Program-made: the position numbers and the translations under genes
Part shown: positions 10,682 to 20,700 of the stretch, piece by piece
Layout: each line of letters opens with the position of its first letter
How positions within the stretch are numbered: position 1 is the first letter of the stretch
Assembly (NCBI GenBank): GCA_045643205.1
Contig: JAZUKI010000010.1
Span: 64,001 to 128,000 of the forward strand
Length of the DNA: 64,000 nucleotides
Direction: 5' to 3'
Source: Clostridia bacterium
GTDB taxonomy: Bacteria > Bacillota > Clostridia > TANB77 > CAG-508
Notes under the pieces: generated by a model
Database searches by the model: none
Seen by the model: only the letters and a program-made list of their open reading frames with translations
Told to the model about the DNA's origin: nothing

Positions 10682-11176
10682 ATGGCTGAAGAAAAGTTAA
10701 ATTGTGCAGATCAAAAATGCAAAGATGAAACATTAGAAATTTGTAAAAAATATGAAGCAGATAGAGGACATTTAATTGCTATATTAAATGATGCTCAAGA
10801 AAAATTTGGATACATCCCCAAAATGGCTCAAATGACAATTGCTGATTATCTAAATTTACCACTTGCTGAAGTGTACGGAGTAATTACATTTTACTCACGT
10901 TTTACAACAAAACCAAAGGGCAAATATAATATTTCAATTTGTCTTGGAACTGCATGTTTTGTTAAAGGTTCACAACAAATTCTTGATAGAGCAAAAGCAA
11001 GACTAGGTGTTGAAGAAGGTGAAATGACACCTGATGGAAAGTTCTCAATTGACACTGTAAGATGTGTTGGTGCCTGCGGATTAGCTCCTGTATTCATTAT
11101 AAATGGCGAAGTATATGGCAGGGCAACTGTTAAAATGTTCGATGAAGTTTTAGATGAATATATGAATAAAGATTAA
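10682..11176 (+). CDS. hydC: Electron-bifurcating [FeFe]-hydrogenase gamma subunit (NuoE-like, HydC/HndA)
   Basis: VITFYSRF, CLGTACFVKG and CVGACGLAP [2Fe-2S] ligands. Confidence 0.92.
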   Translation: MAEEKLNCADQKCKDETLEICKKYEADRGHLIAILNDAQEKFGYIPKMAQMTIADYLNLPLAEVYGVITFYSRFTTKPKGKYNISICLGTACFVKGSQQILDRAKARLGVEEGEMTPDGKFSIDTVRCVGACGLAPVFIINGEVYGRATVKMFDEVLDEYMNKD

Positions 11177-11190
11177 TTGGAGGGAAACAA

Positions 11191-13050
11191 ATGACAATAG
11201 AAGAATTAGAATCTATTAGAAATAGCAAAAGACAAGAACTTGATTTAAGAGTTAATTCAAACGCTCCAGGAGTTGAAAAACATATTTTAGTATGTCATGG
11301 AACTGGATGTACATCATCTAAGTCACCAAAAATTCTTGAAGAGTTTAATAGAATAATTAAAGAAAAAAATATTGAAAATGTAAGAGTTATTATGACAGGA
11401 TGTTTTGGACTTTGTTCTAAAGGTCCAATTGTAATCGTTAGACCAGATGATACATTTTATTCACAAGTAACTCCAGCTGATTGCGAAGAAATTATTGAAA
11501 AACATATTTGCAATGGAGAAATTGTTGATAGATTACTTTGTGAAGATGTTGATGGAACTTTAGTACATAAACTAGATGAATTAAATTTCTATAAAAAACA
11601 AAAAAGAATTGCACTTCAAAATTGTGGTGTAATTAATCCAGAAGATATTGATGAATATATTGCATTTGATGGATATAAAGCATTAGCAAAAGTTTTAACA
11701 GAAATGTCTCAAGATGAAGTTATAAATGTTGTTTCAAATTCTGGATTAAGAGGAAGAGGTGGAGCAGGTTTCCCTACTGGCAAAAAATGGGAATTTGTTA
11801 AAGCCGAAGAAGGCGATATAAAATATGTAGTATGTAATGCAGATGAAGGTGATCCTGGTGCATTTATGGATAGATCAATTCTTGAAGGCGATCCACATGG
11901 AGTTCTTGAAGCTATGACAATTGCAGGATATGCAGTTGGAGCAATAAAAGGTTTCATCTATGTTAGAGCTGAATATCCAATCGCAGTTAATAGATTAAAA
12001 ATTGCAATTGAGCAAGCTAAAAAATATGGTTTACTAGGTGAAAATATTTTTGGAACAGGCTTTAATTTTGATATTGAAATCAGACTTGGAGCAGGAGCTT
12101 TTGTTTGTGGGGAAGAAACAGCATTACTTGAATCAATTGAAGGTAAGAGAGGACAACCAAGATTAAAACCACCATTCCCAGCACATTCTGGATTATGGGG
12201 AAAACCAACATTAATTAACAATGTTGAAACTTGGGCAAACATTACTAAAATAATTTTAAATGGTGCTGATTGGTATGCTTCAATTGGAACAGAAGGATCA
12301 AAAGGAACTAAAGTTTTTGCATTAGGTGGAAACGTAAATAATGTAGGACTTGTTGAAGTTCCAATGGGAACAACTTTAAGAGAAATTATTTTTGATATCG
12401 GTGGAGGAATTCCAAATGGCAGAACATTTAAAGCTGCTCAAACAGGAGGACCTTCAGGTGGATGTATTCCAGAACAACATCTTGATACACCAATAGATTA
12501 TGATAGTTTAAAAGAAATCGGATCTATGATGGGTTCAGGTGGATTAATAGTTATGGATGATAGCAAATGTATGGTTAACCTAGCTAGATTCTATTTAGAA
12601 TTCACAGTTAGTGAAAGCTGCGGAAAATGTAATCCTTGTAGAATTGGAACAAAGAGATTGCTTGAATTATTAACTAAAATTTGTAATGGACAAGGAAAAG
12701 AAGGAGATATTGAAGACTTAGAAGAACTTGCAAACAACGTTGCAAATGCTTCAGTTTGTGGATTAGGTCAAACAGCTCCAAATCCTGTTTTAGCCACATT
12801 AAAATATTTTAGAGAAGAATATGAAGAACATATTAAAGAAAAGAAATGTAGAGCTAAAGAATGTAAAAAGCTTACAAGAATTATTATCAATAAAGATATT
12901 TGTAAAGCATGTGATTTATGTAAGAAAGCTTGTCCAGTAAATGCTATTATTGGCGAACCTGGACAAAAACATGAAATAGATCAATCAAAATGTATTAAAT
13001 GTAGAACTTGTATGGCAAGTTGTCCATTCAAAGCAATTTATGATGAATAA
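11191..13050 (+). CDS. hydB: Electron-bifurcating [FeFe]-hydrogenase beta subunit (NuoF-like, HydB/HndC)
   Basis: GLRGRGGAGFPTG, CNADEGDPGAFMDR, GAFVCGEETAL, ESCGKCNPCRIG, N-terminal thioredoxin-like 2Fe-2S and C-terminal 2x[4Fe-4S]. Confidence 0.94.
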   Translation: MTIEELESIRNSKRQELDLRVNSNAPGVEKHILVCHGTGCTSSKSPKILEEFNRIIKEKNIENVRVIMTGCFGLCSKGPIVIVRPDDTFYSQVTPADCEEIIEKHICNGEIVDRLLCEDVDGTLVHKLDELNFYKKQKRIALQNCGVINPEDIDEYIAFDGYKALAKVLTEMSQDEVINVVSNSGLRGRGGAGFPTGKKWEFVKAEEGDIKYVVCNADEGDPGAFMDRSILEGDPHGVLEAMTIAGYAVGAIKGFIYVRAEYPIAVNRLKIAIEQAKKYGLLGENIFGTGFNFDIEIRLGAGAFVCGEETALLESIEGKRGQPRLKPPFPAHSGLWGKPTLINNVETWANITKIILNGADWYASIGTEGSKGTKVFALGGNVNNVGLVEVPMGTTLREIIFDIGGGIPNGRTFKAAQTGGPSGGCIPEQHLDTPIDYDSLKEIGSMMGSGGLIVMDDSKCMVNLARFYLEFTVSESCGKCNPCRIGTKRLLELLTKICNGQGKEGDIEDLEELANNVANASVCGLGQTAPNPVLATLKYFREEYEEHIKEKKCRAKECKKLTRIIINKDICKACDLCKKACPVNAIIGEPGQKHEIDQSKCIKCRTCMASCPFKAIYDE

Positions 13051-13163
13051 ATTTTAATAATAATACATTAAAATTTAATTGAATAAAATTAAATTAAATC
13101 AAATAAAAAATAATAAATTAAATGATAATAAAACTCAAATGAATATTTTATGAGAGGAAAACT

Positions 13164-14930
13164 ATGGAAGAAGAAAAAATGATTAATTTAACAATTGATG
13201 GAGTTAGCGTTCAAGTTAAAGAAGGAGCAACAATTTTAGAAGCAGCAAGATCAGCAAACATTGACATTCCAACATTATGTTTCTTAAAAGAAGTTAATGA
13301 AATTGGAGCATGCAGAATGTGTGTTGTTGAAGTTGATGGAAGAAGAGGCCTTACAACTTCATGTGTAACAAAAGCTGAAGAAGGAATGATTGTTCATACA
13401 AACACTGATAAAGTTGTTTCTGCAAGAAGAACAGTTTTAAACTTATTACTTTCTAATCATGATCATGATTGCTTAACTTGCGTTAGATCTGGACATTGTG
13501 AATTACAAAATTTAGCTAACAGATATCATATAGATAAAATTAAATATGAAGGTGCTCGTTCAAAAGTTGGTGTTGATGACAAATCACCATCACTTGTAAG
13601 AGATTATGAAAAATGTATTCTTTGTGGAAGATGCGTTGCAACTTGTACAAAGATTCAAAACATAGGAGCAATAAATAATACTGGACGTGGCTTTGATTCA
13701 TATATAGGAACAGCTGAAGATTTAAGTATTGATGATGTTGATTGTACATTCTGTGGACAATGTATTGAGGCTTGTCCAACAGGTGCACTTCGCGAAAAAG
13801 ATGATACAAAAAAAGTTTGGGATGCTTTAAATGATCCAGATAAATATGTTGTTGTTCAAACAGCACCAGCAGTTAGAGTTGCAATTGGCGAAGAATTTGG
13901 AATGCCAATTGGAACAAATGCAAAAGGAAAAATGGTAACAGCATTAAAGAGATTGGGATTTGATAAAGTGTTTGATACAAATACAGCAGCAGATGTAACT
14001 ATTCTTGAAGAAGCAACAGAATTTATTGAAAGAGCAACAAATAGTGGAGTACTTCCAATGATTACATCTTGTTCTCCAGGATGGATTAGATTTGCAGAGA
14101 AAAATTTCCCGGATCAATTAGATCATTTATCAAGTTGTAAATCACCACAAATGATGTTTGGAGCACTTATAAAATCATTCTATGCTAAATTCTTTAAGAT
14201 AGATCCAAGCAAGATTTATACTGTTTCAGTAATGCCTTGTATTGCTAAGAAATTTGAATGTCAAAGAGAAGAAATGCAAGTTGATGGATTAAGAGATGTT
14301 GACGCAGTTATTACAACAAGAGAACTTGCAAGAATGATTAGACAAAGAGATTTAGATTTTGCAAATCTTGAAGATTCAGTATTTGATGATCCAATGGGAG
14401 AAGCTAGTGGTGCTGGAGCAATATTTGGTACAACAGGTGGAGTTATGGAAGCAGCATTAAGAACAGCAGCCGATTGGATTGAAGAAAAAGACCTAGATAA
14501 ATTTGAATATCAAGAAGTTAGAGGCGAAAAAGGAATCAAGGAAGCAAGTGTTACACTTGGTGGAAAAGAATACAAAATCTGTGTTGCATCAGGCTTGGGA
14601 AATGCTAGAAAACTTCTAAATGATATTAGAGATGGTAAATCACCATATCACTTTATTGAAATTATGGCTTGCCCAGGTGGATGTGTAATGGGTGGTGGAC
14701 AACCTATCAAAGATAGCAAAACAAGAGCAACAGTTGATATTAGAGGATTAAGAGCAAATGCTTTATATGATATAGATGAGAAGAGCACAATTAGAAAATC
14801 TCATTTAAATCCAAATGTTAAAGCTATATATGATGAGTATTTAGGAAAGCCAGGTGGAGAACTTTCACACAAATACTTACATACTCATTATCAAAAAGAA
14901 GAAAAATACAATATATCTTTTGATGACTAA
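13164..14930 (+). CDS. hydA: [FeFe]-hydrogenase catalytic subunit, group A3 (HydA/HndD)
   Basis: H-cluster motifs TSCSPGW, MPCIAKKFE, EIMACPGGCVMGGGQP; N-terminal 2Fe-2S, His-ligated 4Fe-4S and 2x4Fe-4S. Confidence 0.95.
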   Translation: MEEEKMINLTIDGVSVQVKEGATILEAARSANIDIPTLCFLKEVNEIGACRMCVVEVDGRRGLTTSCVTKAEEGMIVHTNTDKVVSARRTVLNLLLSNHDHDCLTCVRSGHCELQNLANRYHIDKIKYEGARSKVGVDDKSPSLVRDYEKCILCGRCVATCTKIQNIGAINNTGRGFDSYIGTAEDLSIDDVDCTFCGQCIEACPTGALREKDDTKKVWDALNDPDKYVVVQTAPAVRVAIGEEFGMPIGTNAKGKMVTALKRLGFDKVFDTNTAADVTILEEATEFIERATNSGVLPMITSCSPGWIRFAEKNFPDQLDHLSSCKSPQMMFGALIKSFYAKFFKIDPSKIYTVSVMPCIAKKFECQREEMQVDGLRDVDAVITTRELARMIRQRDLDFANLEDSVFDDPMGEASGAGAIFGTTGGVMEAALRTAADWIEEKDLDKFEYQEVRGEKGIKEASVTLGGKEYKICVASGLGNARKLLNDIRDGKSPYHFIEIMACPGGCVMGGGQPIKDSKTRATVDIRGLRANALYDIDEKSTIRKSHLNPNVKAIYDEYLGKPGGELSHKYLHTHYQKEEKYNISFDD

Positions 14931-14975
14931 TATAAAATAAGATTAATTGGATGACTAATATTAAATAAGGTTAAT
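14922..14975 (+). repeat. Imperfect tandem duplication of the hydA 3' end (28-bp period)
   Basis: GATGACTAATATAAAATAAGATTAAT (14922) and GATGACTAATATTAAATAAGGTTAAT (14950). Confidence 0.75.
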
Positions 14976-15051
14976 CTGTAATGTAAAATATGAATTTGCT
15001 AAAAATTTATTTAATACTTTACAAATTAATCTATAAATAGAGGACTAATTT

Positions 15052-15462
15052 ATGGAATATGAATTTGAAGTAATCGGAAAGATTGTAGGCAAAGAACGTC
15101 CAAGAATTAATCTTTATTCTGGGATGGTTTACACACCAACAAAGACTAAAGATTATGAAACACTTGTACAACAATATTTTAAAATGAAATATCCTAATTT
15201 TACTGAATTAACAGGAAGAGTAGGTATTGATATTGTTGCATACTTAAGCATACCTAAAACAACGCCAAAGAAGAATATACCAGATATGTTAGAAAACAAA
15301 GTTAGCCCTACAAAGAAACCTGATATTGATAATATAGCAAAATCTATATTGGACAGTATGAATAAATTTATAATTCATGATGATAATCAAGTTAGCAAAA
15401 TATCTGTTGAAAAACGATATGGAGAAGAAGAAAAGGTTTGCATTAGAATTTATGAATATTAA
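15052..15462 (+). CDS. rusA: RusA family Holliday junction resolvase
   Basis: GKERPR, YTPTKTKDYE, catalytic KPDIDNIAKSILD and HDDNQV motifs. Confidence 0.9.
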   Translation: MEYEFEVIGKIVGKERPRINLYSGMVYTPTKTKDYETLVQQYFKMKYPNFTELTGRVGIDIVAYLSIPKTTPKKNIPDMLENKVSPTKKPDIDNIAKSILDSMNKFIIHDDNQVSKISVEKRYGEEEKVCIRIYEY

Positions 15463-15539
15463 ATAGAAACATTTATATCAAAGCATTAAACGCTAAAAAT
15501 ATTTATATTTAAGAAATAAATGTTAATAGAAAGGAAAAA

Positions 15540-16298
15540 ATGAAGAAACTTTTTAAAATTTTACTTATCCTTATAATATTAATAATCTTAGTAATTGGAG
15601 TAGGAGTAGGTATTTTTGCAATAAATGGGTATCAAGACTATAAAAGTGTTATAGATAAAATACCACTTAGTTCAAAAGTATATGACCTTCAAAGCAAAAC
15701 ATCATATGTAAAATATGGAGATATAAGCAAAGACTATTTTAATGCAGTAGTTGCTGTTGAAGATGAAAGATATTGGAATCATGGAGCAATAGACTTTAAA
15801 AGTATAGCAAGAGCAATATTATCAAATATAAATAAAGGTAAATATACAGAAGGCGCAAGTACAATTACAATGCAAGTAGCTAAAAATTATTACTTTATGG
15901 AAGATGGTGGACTAACTGCTCATGAAAGAAAAGGAGCAGAAATATTTATAGCTTTTGATTTGCAAAATAGTTATTCTAAAGAAGAAATTCTTGAAATGTA
16001 TGCAAATATGATTTACTTTGGAGCAGGATATACAGGAATAAAAGATGCTGCACAAGGATATTTTAAGAAAGATCCTAAAGATTTAAATCTTGCCGAAAGT
16101 ATAATGCTAGCGGGTGTTCCTAATGCACCTAGTTTATATTCACCAAAAGTAAATAAAGACCTTTGCAAGTCAAGAATGGGAAAAGTTATTAGATCAATGG
16201 TAAGCAACAAATATATAACTCAAGAAGAAGCGGATCAAATAGATATGTCTTTTATAGATGAAATATATGAAAAGAGCAATTTGAAGCAAGAAAACTAA
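15540..16298 (+). CDS. Monofunctional peptidoglycan transglycosylase (GT51)
   Basis: N-terminal TM; VEDERYWNHGAID, GASTITMQVAKN, RKGAE, KEEILEMYAN.IYFG, LAGVPNAPS; no transpeptidase domain. Confidence 0.92.
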   Translation: MKKLFKILLILIILIILVIGVGVGIFAINGYQDYKSVIDKIPLSSKVYDLQSKTSYVKYGDISKDYFNAVVAVEDERYWNHGAIDFKSIARAILSNINKGKYTEGASTITMQVAKNYYFMEDGGLTAHERKGAEIFIAFDLQNSYSKEEILEMYANMIYFGAGYTGIKDAAQGYFKKDPKDLNLAESIMLAGVPNAPSLYSPKVNKDLCKSRMGKVIRSMVSNKYITQEEADQIDMSFIDEIYEKSNLKQEN

Positions 16299-16382
16299 AA
16301 TAAAAAATGACTTAGAAGAAACAATAATTAATATAGAAAAATATTAATGAAAGAGGAAAATCAAGAATAACAAACGTTATTC

Positions 16383-16411
16383 TTGATAAAATCCTTAAAT
16401 TTTGATATCAT
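16383..16411 (+). promoter_or_regulatory. sigma-A promoter of the tRNA gene
   Basis: TTGATA-17 bp-TATCAT with extended TG, 12 bp before the tRNA 5' end. Confidence 0.7.
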
Positions 16412-16423
16412 AAACAAAGTGAT

Positions 16424-16497
16424 GTGGGTGTAGTTCAACGGCTAGAACGTAAGGCTCCGAACCTATAATCCGGGTTCGATTCCCGGTACCCACTCCA
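16424..16497 (+). tRNA. tRNA with anticodon CCG (nominally tRNA-Arg; atypical identity elements)
   Basis: Acceptor GTGGGTG/TACCCAC, D-arm GTTC/GAAC, loop CT-CCG-AA (anticodon 16457-16459), T-arm CCGGG-TTCGATT-CCCGG, discriminator T, encoded CCA. Confidence 0.93.
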
Positions 16498-16504
16498 ATA
16501 TTAT

Positions 16505-16539
16505 AAAAAATAAGTCAAGTTAATCGACTTATTTTTTTT
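16505..16539 (+). terminator. Intrinsic terminator after the tRNA
   Basis: AAAAAATAAGTC / GACTTATTTTTT stem with T-tract. Confidence 0.8.
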
Positions 16540-16707
16540 GCTCACCCCCTGAAGAGAGCAAAATTTAGCCCTAAATAAATGAAAAAAGTTTACATAACGC
16601 CAAATTAACAAAATTTTAATACTTTCTTGAAACACTTATAAAACCTAGAAAAGTACAAAAAATAATGGCAAAAAGTGGAAAAAAGACACAAAAAAGCGAT
16701 ACATTTT

Positions 16708-16736
16708 TTGCATTTTTTATAAAATCATGGTATAAT
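16708..16736 (+). promoter_or_regulatory. sigma-A promoter of glucosaminidase gene
   Basis: TTGCAT-17 bp-TATAAT with extended TG. Confidence 0.7.
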
Positions 16737-16803
16737 TAACGATGTTGGCAAAATAAATAGTGACAATTCAGTGACAAGAAAGGAATTTAAGAGAATTTAA
16801 TAT

Positions 16804-17610
16804 ATGTTAAACGATAGTAAGGACGGTACAAATATTAAGCTTTTAGCTACTATTGGTGTTATGGCTTTTATTTCAATAATAGCTTTTACTTGTATCTATT
16901 CATTAACTACTACTTCAAAACAAGCAAAACTAGCGGAGGTTAATGAAGAAACGTCAAATTCAAGCAGCGAGGTTCTTTCTGAAAACAATATAACAGTTTC
17001 AGAAAGAGAGGCAAACATTACATCAAGATCAAGTTTTGAAGGAAGAATGAATGAAGCTACTTCAAATACTGAGACAATAGCTGAAGATGATTCAGCAATT
17101 GCTAAGTCATTAGCAGACACAATTGAAAAAGGTATTGATGATTTAAAATACATTTCAATTGATGAGGTTAAGATTTCATCAGATATGGATATTACACAAT
17201 TTTGTGGATTATCTAAAGATGATTTCATTAAGCTTATTTCAGATTGTAAAGCAGATACAACAGGATGGTTTGAAAACCATGCAGGAAAAATATATGATTT
17301 ATGTCATAAATATCAATTAAACGAAATCTTTTTCTGTGGATTAATTTCAGCAGAATCAGGTTGGAACATAGCTTCAAACCATAGATCTACAAATAACTTT
17401 ATTAGTTTAATGTCAAATGGTAGATTAATAAGATATAGCTCAGAAGATGAAGGACTAGAAGTTGCAGCAAAAACATTACATAAAAACTACTTATCAAAAG
17501 GTGGATCATTTTATTATGGTAAAACATTATCTGCAATGAATACTAAGTTCTGTGGATCAGCTTCATGGGTTGGTTTAGTTTATGGTCGAATGAAACAAAT
17601 AGTTAAATAA
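16804..17610 (+). CDS. Membrane-anchored glucosaminidase-domain (GH73-like) cell wall hydrolase
   Basis: N-terminal TM, S/T/E-rich linker, C-terminal NEIFFCGLISAESGW...NNF...KNYL..GG.FY.GKTL...W lysozyme-like domain. Confidence 0.7.
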   Translation: MLNDSKDGTNIKLLATIGVMAFISIIAFTCIYSLTTTSKQAKLAEVNEETSNSSSEVLSENNITVSEREANITSRSSFEGRMNEATSNTETIAEDDSAIAKSLADTIEKGIDDLKYISIDEVKISSDMDITQFCGLSKDDFIKLISDCKADTTGWFENHAGKIYDLCHKYQLNEIFFCGLISAESGWNIASNHRSTNNFISLMSNGRLIRYSSEDEGLEVAAKTLHKNYLSKGGSFYYGKTLSAMNTKFCGSASWVGLVYGRMKQIVK

Positions 17611-17615
17611 AATTT

Positions 17616-17655
17616 AAGTGCTTAAACTCTAAAACTAGAGAATAAGCACTTTTTT
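17616..17655 (+). terminator. Intrinsic terminator
   Basis: AAGTGCTTA / TAAGCACTT stem followed by T-tract. Confidence 0.7.
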
Positions 17656-17656
17656 A

Positions 17657-17685
17657 TTGCCTAAATTGTTAAAATATGGTATAAT
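17657..17685 (+). promoter_or_regulatory. sigma-A promoter of the 1094-aa gene
   Basis: TTGCCT-17 bp-TATAAT with extended TG. Confidence 0.7.
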
Positions 17686-17721
17686 TATTGTATGTTTGTG
17701 TAAATAAAAAAAGGAGAAAAT

Positions 17722-20700
17722 ATGGACGTAAAAGACTATAGAGAAATAACTAAAAGTTATTTTAAAAGAGAAAACTTTGCTATGAGCGCAAAAGAAGACA
17801 AAGATAAAGAGATGGATAGTAAAATATTGGATTGCATTATTAGAGAGCAACCACTAATAGGTATGTCTGTCTATGAATTTATGCTTAAAGACTCTTTATA
17901 TGTTTTAAATTCAATATATCCAAATGTTTCTTCAGAAGATGCAAGCAACTTAGATAGAAGAATATCAAAGCACCTTGAAAATAATATGGATAGAACTAGG
18001 GATGAAAAACTAGCAATATTAGAAAAAATGCTTAAAGAAAATAAAAACAAAATAGATTATAGACGATTACTATTAAATACCGTTGTAAGTTTCAGGGGTG
18101 CTATTGAATATGCAAAAGCAGAAGGAAGTAGTAATAGTAAAATACAGAAAATTGAAATGCTTAGAAAAGAAACAATAGAAAGAATCAGACCATTTAGACC
18201 TACAACTGAGGATCCTGAAGTATATATGACTGGTCCAGGACAAAAAGAAGATCAAGTTGTTATTACTTATAGCAACTGGGATGAAGTAGTTAATGGTAAA
18301 CCTAGCAAAAATGATGTTGATGTAGGATTAAATGAAAATGAAAAAAAACAAGTAGAAGACTTTTTTGATTTTGAAGATATAAGAGTAATACCTGAAGGTT
18401 ATGAATGTGCAAGTAATGTTGATAATTATATGGCATATTCACTTGAAAAAGTGGAAAAAATTGATAATACAATTAAAGTATCTGATGCAAATGTCATAAT
18501 AAGAAGTATTATGAAACAACCTGAATATAGAAGAGCAATTTCTCCTGAAAAATATCATTTTATTGCTTTATATAGAATGCTAGAATTTATTGAAAGTTAT
18601 GTTATGCTAGAGAATGATGAAACATTTAAAAAATTAAAAGATAAAACAGGCGCTTTAAAACTTACAAGAAAGCTTCAAGAGTTAGTAAATAATGACGCTA
18701 AAGAAGGCAAACGAGTAGATGAACCTTTCATACTTTTTATGGATGCACATAGAATAGAAACAAAATATAAATATAATACTTCAATAGTAGCGGATTATGA
18801 TAAAATCAATCAAGACTATGAACTTAGTAAAGATAGAATATATGGATGTATCGATAGGTTAACAATAGAAAATATTAAAGACTTTTATGATGGAATAACA
18901 GATGAATTTGAGAAAAAGATGATAAGAAGTGATCCAATGTCATTAATAGATTTATATCAAGAAGGCATAATACCATTAACAGAATTTATTATAAATATGA
19001 ATATATTAGATGGAAAAGAACAATTTTCAATAATTAATAAAGCTTGGGACAAAAAAGTAATAAAAGAACAAGATTTAAAACTTATAATAGAAGTAATGAG
19101 CAAATTAGATGCAGAAATAAAATTAATAAGCAAAGCAGATAAAGAAAAATATATAAACAGACTAGAGAATATAGTAAATGCAAAGATATTCAAAGAAAGA
19201 AGCAAAGAATTTAGTTTAAATGAAATAGAAGCAATGAGACAACGCTTTGAAGAAAAAGATTATTCTAAAAATCAAGTATTTGATGAATTATTATTAGCAG
19301 GAATTATAAATCAAGATTTATTAATTGAAAAATATTATGATGGAATGATTAAAGCAGAAGACTTAATCAATTTTACTAAGTACATTGAAAATAATGAAAA
19401 AATTAAAGATTTAGTTGATTATTCAAAGATTAAATTTGATTCAAAAGTTTTAAGCCAAGTGTATATTCAATTAAATTTAAAAAATATTGTAAATTCTTTA
19501 GTAAATAAAGAACATTTTGACAAAAAAGAATTATCTGAATTCTTTGCAACAAGACCATATATAATTAGAAATTGTACACCAGAACAATTAAAAGAATTTC
19601 AGAAAATATTAAAATTACAAACAGAATTATTACAAAAATCAGATGATAAAATGCAAAAAGAATTTATGGAAACACTTGAAGATGTTGCATGTGTACATGG
19701 AGTTACATATGATTTATTTAGTAAAGGAGTTATATCTAGATATATTGCAGAACAATATGGTGGAACAGAGTTTATAAAGCAATATCAAAAAACTCAATTG
19801 ATAGATGGATTGAGATATAATGATTTATCAAGTGTTAAAAATTTAATTAATGCTTATAACCATGGAAGAATAGATTTAAGTAAAATTTTGAAAAAATACA
19901 CTGAAGGAGAAATACCATCAGAAATCTATTTTGCATTTAAAGAAAACAGAGATATGACAGGTGCTGTTGATAAAGATTATCTTATTGGTTTATATGATAA
20001 ATACGCTAAGACAGGTAAATCAGCTGATTTAGAAAAACTTGAAAAATATTATAAAGAGTTTACTAGTATTGAAAAAGATGAAAAAGTTTTAGCAGAAATA
20101 GATAAAAAACAAGTAGAATTAATATCTGCAAAGAAAAGTAATAAATCTAATATTGTAACAATGGCTAGAAGTGGAGTTATCAATAAAGAAAATATTGCTC
20201 AAATGGATCTTGCAACAGTTGCAGAATTAATTATGTCAGGCAACACATTAAATAGAGAGACTGCTAAAGAATTATTTAGAGATATTAATGGTACTACAAC
20301 AAAGAGAGATAAATTAGAAGAATTATTCAAAATGGGAATATTAACTCAAGATGAAATGTTCACAATTCTTGCTAATGTTTATGTAGGAAATAAAGAGAGT
20401 GAAGAGAAGCAACAAGAAATTGATGCAGATAATATGAACTATTTCTTTGATAAAAATTATTTTGAATCTGAATATGATGAAATAATTATAAGAAACGAAC
20501 CAACAAGGCATAATAGAAAAAATGTAGGAACATTAAGAAACGAACAACAAAGATTTCCTATTAAGGATAGAGTTGAATTTTTATATTCATTAGATACAAA
20601 GGAATCAGTTAACTACAAAGCTGGTCCTGCATTAATTATTCAATTACCAGAAAAAAATAAAGTAATTATTGAAACATTAGGAACACCAAGTAAAGATGGT

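Noticed and set aside
16587-16614. AGTTTACATAA, the reverse complement of the B. subtilis dif XerD arm (TTATGTAAACT)
   Set aside because: No matching second arm at 6-bp spacing, no gene-strand switch, and an AT-rich 11-mer can occur by chance
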